Assembly (NCBI GenBank): GCA_964187785.1
Contig: OZ076409.1
Span: 58,468,001 to 58,532,000 of the forward strand
Reading direction: 5' to 3'
DNA length: 64,000 bases
Source of the DNA: Amphiscolops sp. MND2022
Taxonomy: Eukaryota
Shown: piece after piece, positions 13,335-22,600 of the stretch
How positions within the stretch are numbered: position 1 is the first letter of the stretch
How the letters are laid out: each line of letters begins with the position of its first letter
The notes under the pieces: generated by a model
Database searches by the model: none
What the model saw: only the letters and a program-made list of their open reading frames with translations
Told to the model about the DNA's origin: nothing
Program-made: the position numbers and the translations under genes

Positions 13335-14068
13335 TGTAACGACAAGCTCTCACCATTGTCGCCGTAACCATAAGAGTTAGAGGAACACATGATATGGGTA
13401 TTTGCCCGGGACAGGCGCCCATGACCATGAGCTCATTTTGCCTCTATCGGGTAAAAACTGTCCCGTCAGAGGAGGATTCCGCTTCTTGTGAAGTGCTCGC
13501 CGGCCTGATCCAGTCTGTAATTGCTATCAGTAGTGCGCATTACGCTTTTTCTTCGAAATCAACACTTAGACAGCCTTTAAAAAATGCAAGTGGTGGAAAG
13601 GAAAAATCAAGTTTTATCGAAGTTACACAGGAGATTGAAATGAGTAGCTCACGAGCTGTTACAACAAGAAAATACGAAAATTACTACATAATTAGCACTT
13701 TTGAGGCAGCAATTAGCCGGGGACACAAGCACGGATGCTTGGTCAAGCTAATTGACTCATTTTTGGTAATCACAGCGTCTTGTAACGCTTCGCTGAAGAA
13801 AGCACTGGTTAGAACAAAGTTCAGTCCGTTTTGGCAGAAATTTGAGTCTTTTTCTGATAGTGGCCGTGTTTTTCTGCAATCTTCTCGTTCGGTTGGGGTC
13901 TCTTTCGAGTCTCTTGCTCAAATCCTCTTCAATTCCGTGGACAGGTACTTGAGTAAAGACACGCTGCCGTCTGGCGGAATATGACTCTTTAGTAGAGGAG
14001 ATATAGTCCCTTGAACGAAATTTTCATCGAAATTTTCGAAATCGTGCACTCGATAGGTAGTCGCTACA
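13335..14068 (-). repeat. 3' LTR of element A (734 bp)
   Basis: Copy of 31833-32566 (offset 18498). One mismatch seen by eye (13365 T vs 31863 C); both copies translate to an identical 196-aa ORF. Confidence 0.97.
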
Positions 14069-14078
14069 TACACTCCCC
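14069..14078 (-). promoter_or_regulatory. Short polypurine tract candidate of element A
   Basis: Minus strand reads GGGGAGTGTA immediately before the TGTAGCG LTR start. Confidence 0.5.
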
Positions 14079-15078
14079 GGGGTCTAGTCTTGACGTCCCC
14101 GTCAAGTGTGGGTTGGCGTCATTGAGTCTGTACCCAGAGTCATCTGTGTCCCACTGAGGAGGTAGAGTGCACATCAAATAGCGCTGGGCGGTTCATCGAG
14201 ACATCGTCAAATTGGCCTTGTGGAAGTATTTTTGACCCAGCGTTGCTGCATTTTGATCAAATCAATACAACTTTGTACACAAATCTTATACGGCAAAGTC
14301 ATTGCTTTTTGTAGCCTGTCGTGAGCAATTCAGGCGTTAAAATTTCTTTTCGGCCATTCAAAAAAAGTTTTTATTTGCCGTTAGCGTTAAAACTTGTTTT
14401 AAGGTCAACGACCATCACATGACTGTTCGAAACATATTTTCCGAAGCTCGGGAGCTTCGCACTGCTTGGCGTTTGATAAAAGTTCTTTTGGTAAGCAGTT
14501 GCCATAAAATCAATTAATTAGTACGGTCAATTTAAAATTTCTTTTGCGAGACTTACTCTCGATCCTGTCAGGCAGCTCAAGAAAAACAATGGTCGAGGTT
14601 CATCAATCTTTTTATTCTATTCATTTCTCATCTCTCCCTCCTTGTTTCCTTTTCCTTTATCTTTTCTTTTTATCTTTTTCGACAGTGGCAACAGTGTAAA
14701 CGATAACTAGCAACTAAAAGGGTGTAATAGCACCGAAAATTTAGAGCACGGAGTGCGCACAGCGCATCCACATGTAGCATGAAGTAGCATGAAAAAGCAC
14801 TAACTGCAAACACAAATTGCAAATTGAATATTGCATCTAACTAAGGCAAGGCAAGAACGCAGTTTCATGGTTGGGTTGCCGGTCCCAAAACGGAATAACA
14901 AGGAAGATGAAGCCCGGGGGCTTCATCTCCACTCGGAGATTTTTACCCATGACCAATTGGCATTTCCATAATCGAAGCTTAGCAACAACAGAGATTGAAA
15001 CCATGAGATTTCGCAAAATTTTATCTAGCATAAGACTATTGAAGTTGGAAATTGAATGACGACAAAGTTAGTTCTGTT

Positions 15079-18000
15079 TTACTGGGTGGCAGAGGAGTGA
15101 CGCGCTCTGGGGGAAACGTCTGCCTTTGGTTGCAGTTCAGACAGAGATCCTCTTCGCGTATTTCCTCCTCGCAGGACTGGCTTTGGTTCTGCGCTGGCAG
15201 TTTCATGGGTCCTAGGAGCCGTGTTTGAGCCACCAGGGCCATTTTCTGCGGCTACCGGAGTTGATGCTTCTGGCGAATGTTCTTGCGCTGCATTGGCTGA
15301 GCCGCTAACATTGGCAGAACTTGTGGTTGATGTGGAGATTGGGATCTGTACATCCAGTCTACTAGCATTAAACAAGTGCGGTAGATCCAGCGGTCTATTG
15401 CGGGTGGCAATGGGTCGTTTCTGTTTCGCACTGAGTTTCGGGCGTAGATCAGGTCGGCCCCAGAGCCCGCAGGCTCTGGACCAGTTGTCCCTATTCGCAT
15501 GCTCTATGATTTGCCTAGAGGCTTCCCATTCGGGTCCGAGGGGATCACTTAGCAATTCCATGACGTGGTAGCAAGTCTCCGCTGGCATGTCGCTTCCCAT
15601 AGTAACCCTCGCCTCTGGATTCCAAACAGGCATTGTCAGTGGGGGGATGATTAAACCTCTTAGGCGTCCTTGGCGCTCCTCCAGGGTTCTTGACATCCAC
15701 ACGCCAAGTTTGTAGTGGTCGCGATAGGCATACTGCTCATCAAAGCCCTTCTCGACCATACTGATTGGCTTGGCCCGGATATAACCGATGGGTCCTCGCC
15801 AGTACCTGGCTGGAAGCTTAATCATTTGGAAATTGTACTCCTGATTCGTGTGACCGCCCATGGTTTGCACACACTCGGTCACGTACTTCCTGAGGTGTGC
15901 GAAACTCCAATTGAATCGCTGTGGGATTCCGAGGTGGTCTAGGGGAGAATTATACCAATTCACCGGGCCGTATTCGCGAGGTAAAGGGCACGCCTTCTTT
16001 GTTCGGGCTTTGAGAATACCGGCCAGGTTTTCGTCTTGCTGTGTCTCATTCTTTATTGTGGTATACATACGTGGTACTAGCAGAAACAGCCCACGTTCAA
16101 GCATCTGTTGATAGTTGTGTGGTTTTACGTTCTTCAGATAAGTTAGGATGGATACCGTTAACGTCTCCGAGGCCAGTCTCAGAGGCTTGGTGGGGTATCG
16201 GAGTATCCCGGTTGGGCCAAATATCGGAGTTAGCACGGGTGCTAACACCGGTATAAGATCTTCGACTTCAGCCAAAGTGAAATCTGCCAGCTGGTTGGGT
16301 GTCAAAAATCCAGCTACCTCGGTCACTAGCTGACGTCCATCATATAACGGTTGGTGCTTATCCACCCCCACGAAGAGTCCCGAGGCAAAGACCAGACTGC
16401 AATACATCCAGTGATACAATGAAGTTGTCATACGCTCCAGGTGAGCGGGATAATCCTGAGCGTCTTTCCGTTGCAACAGCTTGGCTAGGGCGGTTAGACC
16501 TGAGATATTCCCTCGTGCAATCACCAGATATGAAAATAGCCATTCCAGATTACACTCGGTAACCAGGTCAGTCAATATCATCATTGGGCCAGCTACAAAG
16601 CGTTTCTGCCCGAAAGTGAGCATCAGTGCAAAGAGTTCGTTCACCTGCACGGTACCGATAATCTCGCTGATTTCGATCAACCAACTCTCCTCTAAATCGA
16701 ACTCGACTCGAATAACATCGGGACTCCAACCCAATCCCAAACAGATGGCAAACTGGTCGGTTGACATCCCAAGCTCTTTTGCAATGTCTGCTACGGTGGT
16801 AGTTTGTAGCCGCTGGTACCAGGCGTCGTAGGTGCTGCTGAAGGCTTGGATTTCAGCCTGAGTTTCGCTCGTCAATTTAGCAGCAATGTACTTCATTCCC
16901 ACTGATAATTGATCGATTGTGAGGTCCTTGGCAATTTGAACTCGCGGGATGGCTCGTTCTACTTCTCGGTCGCTGGGGACTTTGCTCATTGTGGCAGTGA
17001 CTTCTGCAAGATCGGTTTTGATACAAGTCTTTCCACCGGATGAGCGCGCGCGCTCTATCCAGTTATTCAGGCGGATTGCCTCGCATTCGGCCGTACTGGG
17101 CTCTGGGACTCGCCTTTCTCCGTCCTTGTTGAACACCAACAAGCCCATGCGAGTGCCGTGATCAAAGTAAATGGCATCGTCGATTGTCAGCTGCGCGTTC
17201 CCTGTTTTCTCTACTGACTGTAGCACTTTAGACACTGAGGCAATGTACCCCATGTAGGACAGCCAGGAGGGGCGAAAGTCATTGGAGCTAATCCGCATAT
17301 TGGGCGCGCAGATCGCAAAGTCTATTTCTCTGCACTTGCAAACTTCTGTCACCATGTATATGAATCTCTGCAAGGCGGGGGGCCATTGGCAAAAACCTGG
17401 GGGTGTCACGAACAGGGCTGGCACCTTGAGTTTGTCTTTCAAGATGTTTTGGGCTTTCTCCATGGCTCGGGCCATGTTCAATGCTGCATTGCGTACCGTT
17501 GTTCGCTGAGCCGGACTTGGATTCATAATCTCAACGTTCGCGATCTGGGCCATTAGTCCTTCACAGGCCATGTGATCGAAAACGTTGCTGATGATCACTC
17601 TACGTGGAGGTGGCTCTTTGAAGGTTCCTGTCATCTCAGGGTCAAACATGGTGACCAACACTTCGGCCATCTCGGGAATACGTGACAGCGGTAGAGTAAA
17701 AACCATCACGTCTGACAACACGTTGTCGATGGGGACATTCTTGAGGAATGTTGAGTCAATAAGTAAGGCGAAGCGCGCACGCTGCAACCTTTCTTTTGGC
17801 ATTGGTAGCTGGGCTTCGAGATCACGGGCGTACCGTGGGTTGATCTCAAAGGTCTCTCCAGCGTTGAGGAAATATCGATCGGCGAATTGCCCACGAAGGT
17901 CAACGTTGAGGGCATCTAGGTAATTGTCATCCACGTTTGGCAGCATATTCATTGCCTTCCCTAGCCATGGCGGCTCATTGGTAGGAGTGTGGTCTGGGCG

Positions 18001-19446
18001 GATTGGACGATTCATGAATACGGGTACATTTGCCTTCTTCAGTTTCGCGTGCTCTTCGTCACTTGGAGGACACATGTTTTTCTCAAATAGCCATTCGGGC
18101 GATACTATAACTGCCGATTCCCAGATACGTCGGGAATCCTTGGTGACCAATGTGCCCTTTGTGTTCTGCATGGGGCTCAGGTACGTCGGCTGTTTCGTAA
18201 AGGTCCTCTTAGTTGGATGTTGAATCGCCTGTTTCCGGAGTGGGGTTCCAGTTGGACCACTGTTGGTCACTTTCAACCCTGGGTAATCACCCATTATGTC
18301 CTTGACAGTTCGCTGGGATACAGGGGTGCCTTGATAACCCACAGTTTGCTCCGATTGTGGCTGTCCTGACGTGGAGGGCTTAGGAGTCGCTCGTTGAGCC
18401 AGCGACTCGCGTGTTGTAGACTGCGTGGATGGTGGTTGCGGCAGTCCTTGTTGCTCGCCTGTCACGTCCGGTTGTGATTGGGGTGAGGGAAGCACGCATG
18501 CTTCCGACACTTTTGACTTCGTTTGGTCTGGCGCTTTGGAGGTTGTGGCCTTCTCGTTGGAAATCTTTTTGTCGGGTGGTGGCTTGCTCGAGGGGCTGTC
18601 ACGGGCAGTCAATGGTTGTTGAGTCTTCTTTGTTGGGGAGGGGTCGTTGCGCTTTCTGGAGGCAGGGCGGCTCTCTCCTCCCCCCTTTTGAGAAGAGCGG
18701 GAAGGCGAACGACTGCGTTCCACAGTCACGGTGCGAGAGTGTCCTGGCTGTTCAGACTGAGGATTGATGTGGGGAATAGTGATGACACCTTGACGTGTTT
18801 CAGTTGAAGTCGCATTGTCGTTACGAATAGTGACAGTGGGCAGAGCAATTCGACGTAGCTCTGGCCAACACTGCTCCATGGATCGCATGAAGTCATCGTA
18901 ATTGGGATTGGCAGCCACTGCTTGTAGCGCTGAAATGACTGCTTGCTCCGCCATAGATTGATTGGGCAGGCTAGGCACCATAGGAGCAGGAGTGCGCGCG
19001 CGCACTACTGCTTGTGGTGTTGGTACAGGAGGTGGCGGTGGAGGTGGAGGCGGGCAAGAAGGGATCTGTAAAGGTCTAGTCTGGTGGACTCCGCCATTCG
19101 CAAGACTATACGAGATCGCCGCACGATCATCTGTGAAGTGATGCGTAAGATCATGGCCGTGCCACACTCCATCTTGGTACGTCATGGATCGTTGAAATCC
19201 AGGAAACCCTGAGGTAATTGATATCGTTAGCATTGGGGCTTGCAATTGTGATTCCATCTGGGCAATTATTGCTGCTACCCCGGCCACTGCAGCTGGCGAC
19301 AGACCTTGGTCGAGTCTGTCTCGAATAAAGGCAATTTGTGGGGTGCGTTGGACACGCGCAGTGTCATAGACGCGTTGCCCCAAGGCAGGAGAGTTGTCTG
19401 TAGACCTCGGCGGGACGTTGTTGCTTCTATCATTATCTTGGTTCAT
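15079..19446 (-). CDS. Element A extra ORF in env position, ~1455 aa (frame open from 19701); Pro/Ser-rich N-terminus, SGNH/GDSL-hydrolase-like central domain
   Basis: 4.6-kb open frame between pol and the 3' LTR; likely start MNQDND at 19446. Blocks ALLIDSTFL, MVFTLPLSRIPEM, PRRVIISNVFDH, ALFVTPPG, CKCREIDF and SNDFRPSWLSY follow SGNH block order. Confidence 0.85.
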   Translation of the reverse strand: MNQDNDRSNNVPPRSTDNSPALGQRVYDTARVQRTPQIAFIRDRLDQGLSPAAVAGVAAIIAQMESQLQAPMLTISITSGFPGFQRSMTYQDGVWHGHDLTHHFTDDRAAISYSLANGGVHQTRPLQIPSCPPPPPPPPPVPTPQAVVRARTPAPMVPSLPNQSMAEQAVISALQAVAANPNYDDFMRSMEQCWPELRRIALPTVTIRNDNATSTETRQGVITIPHINPQSEQPGHSRTVTVERSRSPSRSSQKGGGESRPASRKRNDPSPTKKTQQPLTARDSPSSKPPPDKKISNEKATTSKAPDQTKSKVSEACVLPSPQSQPDVTGEQQGLPQPPSTQSTTRESLAQRATPKPSTSGQPQSEQTVGYQGTPVSQRTVKDIMGDYPGLKVTNSGPTGTPLRKQAIQHPTKRTFTKQPTYLSPMQNTKGTLVTKDSRRIWESAVIVSPEWLFEKNMCPPSDEEHAKLKKANVPVFMNRPIRPDHTPTNEPPWLGKAMNMLPNVDDNYLDALNVDLRGQFADRYFLNAGETFEINPRYARDLEAQLPMPKERLQRARFALLIDSTFLKNVPIDNVLSDVMVFTLPLSRIPEMAEVLVTMFDPEMTGTFKEPPPRRVIISNVFDHMACEGLMAQIANVEIMNPSPAQRTTVRNAALNMARAMEKAQNILKDKLKVPALFVTPPGFCQWPPALQRFIYMVTEVCKCREIDFAICAPNMRISSNDFRPSWLSYMGYIASVSKVLQSVEKTGNAQLTIDDAIYFDHGTRMGLLVFNKDGERRVPEPSTAECEAIRLNNWIERARSSGGKTCIKTDLAEVTATMSKVPSDREVERAIPRVQIAKDLTIDQLSVGMKYIAAKLTSETQAEIQAFSSTYDAWYQRLQTTTVADIAKELGMSTDQFAICLGLGWSPDVIRVEFDLEESWLIEISEIIGTVQVNELFALMLTFGQKRFVAGPMMILTDLVTECNLEWLFSYLVIARGNISGLTALAKLLQRKDAQDYPAHLERMTTSLYHWMYCSLVFASGLFVGVDKHQPLYDGRQLVTEVAGFLTPNQLADFTLAEVEDLIPVLAPVLTPIFGPTGILRYPTKPLRLASETLTVSILTYLKNVKPHNYQQMLERGLFLLVPRMYTTIKNETQQDENLAGILKARTKKACPLPREYGPVNWYNSPLDHLGIPQRFNWSFAHLRKYVTECVQTMGGHTNQEYNFQMIKLPARYWRGPIGYIRAKPISMVEKGFDEQYAYRDHYKLGVWMSRTLEERQGRLRGLIIPPLTMPVWNPEARVTMGSDMPAETCYHVMELLSDPLGPEWEASRQIIEHANRDNWSRACGLWGRPDLRPKLSAKQKRPIATRNRPLDLPHLFNASRLDVQIPISTSTTSSANVSGSANAAQEHSPEASTPVAAENGPGGSNTAPRTHETASAEPKPVLRGGNTRRGSLSELQPKADVSPRARHSSATQ

Positions 19447-19675
19447 GACGACAGTTCTGAAAGAGCGTAGGTCGATTGTAGCACACTTGATAGTAGGGTA
19501 ACACCATAGGTCATTTAAGGGTAATACCAGGGAAAGTAATAGAATGTTACACATTAACATTAAAGAAAAAGATAACGTAATAGTCTCAAATAAACTTCGT
19601 ATCGATTCACTAAACTTAATCGAGCGGACAAAAAAAAACGAAAAACAAAAAAAAGAAAGCGGACAAACGAAAGTT

Positions 19676-22600
19676 TTACGGAAAGCTAGCGACGCTTGCA
19701 ATAGATACGTAAACGCGATCGTGAAGAACGACGGTCAGGGGGGTGTCGGCGAATACGTCCATCAAACAGGCATAAAAATCAAAAAGATTACGTATTGGGC
19801 GTTCAGGATCAACGATGGCAAAGTGTACTTCTATCGCCTCCAAGCGCTCGAGTAACGTTTTCAAATGATCAAGACATCCAAAAAGAATATCAGCGAGCAT
19901 AGGGCAGCGAGGTGTAGCTCGTGTGATTAAAAGGTGGATAGTCTGAGGATGGCCGTCTATCAAAGACGTGGGTAGCGTTACAATATTGCCAACCTCCGGT
20001 CGAAGTTGAAAGATTGCATCTGCACCATGCTCACGAATGACGTAACGAAGAGCGGCAGAACTAGTTTCCAGATTTGCAGGACAACATAAAACGATATGAT
20101 GGGGAGTCTGCAGGAAGTCCGTATTGGCATACTGCACATAGTCAACCAATTGAGGTCTCGCGGCTCCATGGTACACTAACTCTCGTCCGGGGTCCTTGGA
20201 AAGAGCATCGTCACATGCATTCGGGAGGAGGCCCTTGATTGCGCCCAAATCTTGCCATACAGATCGCGGCAATGATTGATTATCAATGTTAGCCCTGGAC
20301 CATGTATCCAGTGCGTGCAGGGCCGATTGGAGGGATACAGGACTAGGAAATGAGTGTGTCCATTCGTCCAGGAATCTGATTCGTGAGAAATTTGATAAAA
20401 CTGCTATAATAAGTTCCAGCCACCATTCAAACTTAGTTTTACCACGATATAGGTCTATCGTGTGGAAACAAGTGATTTTATCAGGAGAGGCCATCGTCCG
20501 CAAACTCTCCAGACAGGTGTTCAAGTTAGTGGGATGAACCAAGTCGGATGCTTGTTTGGCCGTAACTAGTAGCCACCAGTTGCTTGTAGGCTGATAAACG
20601 TCTCCTGGTTTTACTGTGACGTTGTATTTGTCGTACAAGAGGTCAGCAGGAATACAGCGTATCATTTGGATAGGCTCTCGCTCATAGTTGAAAGGACCAA
20701 AAGCAATATTTGTAGGCAAAGGGGGAACAGTGATGGGTAAGGTGAACTCCAAACCAACAAGATCATAGGTCCACTCCTTGAACCTTGGGCACGGAGCCCT
20801 TGCTATCGTAGAATCCTTCATTTTGGATAGGATATAGTCCACGGGATATGGAGTGTCACTGCGTTGTAGCCCAGTGTAGGTTTTCTCGGCTCGAATAATC
20901 AAACGGTCAACCATTCCGCTCGGAAGTGGTTTCTCCTGTTCACGTGCTAGTAGGACTCCCTGGGATTCGATTGGGAAGCCCGCGTGGACCATGTAGTTAC
21001 ATTCGCAGTTTCGTAGGCCACATGTTCCGCAACGATATCTGGGAATACGATTGCGTCGCAGTCCATAATGAGCGTTGGTCGATTCTGGTGGTGCTGCCTG
21101 ATCTGAGGTAACCGCCGCGCTAGGGGCAGAAGAGTCAGTGTCCATTGATGGAGTGTTACGAATATGGGTAGGAGTGTTAGGTCTGGCGTGCGTTGTACGA
21201 GGAGGTCTACCTCTGGGACGGCCTCTTTTGCGAGTGCCTCTAATAGCACCTCTCCGTTGGTGACCACGTGGTAGCGAGGCTCGCGGCCTTGCTCTGCCTG
21301 GCGGACGTCCCCGGGGTCCACGCCCTCTAGAAGCATTGGGGAGTTTCGTGGTAGTAGCTGCATCATTGTTGATGGGATTTGTTACAGGGGGAATTGATCC
21401 CTTTTCGTTATTGGTCGTTGGTGTGTCGGCACCGTCGTCGTCCAGGGTTGGGTTGAGGTCATTGTCATCGATTAGGGGCCAAATGGGAAAGTTACTCAAC
21501 ATATCCGTAAGAGATGGATTTGTCAATAATGGGGCGGATGTACCGGTCAAAGAAGTGGCGGCACTTTCGGTGGGTACGTGGATATTAGGATTCGGGGCGA
21601 CATCTAATGCGTCTGGTACTGCTTCATTCTCTGAAAATAGAGCCTCCATAGCAGGTAGTGGTGATATTGGCATTTCGGGAATAGGCGCAGGCTCGTCTGC
21701 TTGTGATGGCAAGATGACACTTTCGTCAGGATTTGTTTGAGCACTCGATAGGAGTACATCAGAACGTTCATCGTCAGACTCAGTCGAAGAGTAGCCAAAT
21801 TGTTGATAATGTAGGCGGCTGCCACCTGCGCGCATGTGTGTGCGTAACCGTGTGTCCATCCAATGTCTTTGTCGAGAAGGCAAAGAGGCATCACTGGCTT
21901 CCGAAATTGGTTCCTCTGCACGGTAAGAAGGTTGTGAAGCATCGTCTCTCACCTCCTCATGGGATTGTTCTGGATCAGGGTCCATGATAATAGCAACCTC
22001 GCCGTTATGCGCAGGAACAGCTGCCCATTCTGTTGGACCACCATGATGCGGTTTCAATCGTTCGAAATGCACTTTCTGCCCAGTGTCAAGTATGTAAACA
22101 CGTCCCTCTTGTAGCACTCGTGCTACCTTGTGAGGACCACGCCACGCTCTCATCAATTTGGGAGATCCCTTTTGAGGAATGTATCGGCAGAATACCCAAA
22201 CAGGTTCGCCCACTTCGTAGGCCTTAGCACGAATTGCTCTGTCGTACTTCAATTTTTGTCGTTGTTGGGCTTGATGCGTGTTGCGACGGACTAAGTCATG
22301 AATCTCTTGTTGTCGAGCCAGCACATGTTCCACATAGGCTTCGTGTGATTCGAATGACTGAGTTGCAAATTCCGGATACAAAAAAGTCAGGGGTATAGCT
22401 TTTTCCATGCCTCTGGTCAGCATATACGGGGAAAATCCAGTAGTGGCATGACGTGTGGAGTTGTATGCACCCATAACTTCATCTAGGTACTGATCCCAGT
22501 CACGCATTCGTCTAGAGCAGAATACACGCAGTAGGGTGAGTAGCGTTCGGTTTTGTCGTTCTACCAACCCTTGAGTCCTGGGGTGGCCAGCAGTTGAGGT

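Noticed and set aside
13394..13984. 196-aa ORF in both LTRs of element A (also 31892-32482)
   Set aside because: Antisense to the element with no recognisable motif; identity of the two copies only reflects LTR identity. Not supportable as a gene without expression data.
19447..19701. Hydrophobic N-terminus of the 1540-aa ORF as an Env signal peptide
   Set aside because: It is the translation of a T-rich spacer, starts at a non-ATG codon overlapping the pol end, and the protein shows no clear furin site, fusion peptide or C-terminal TM anchor.
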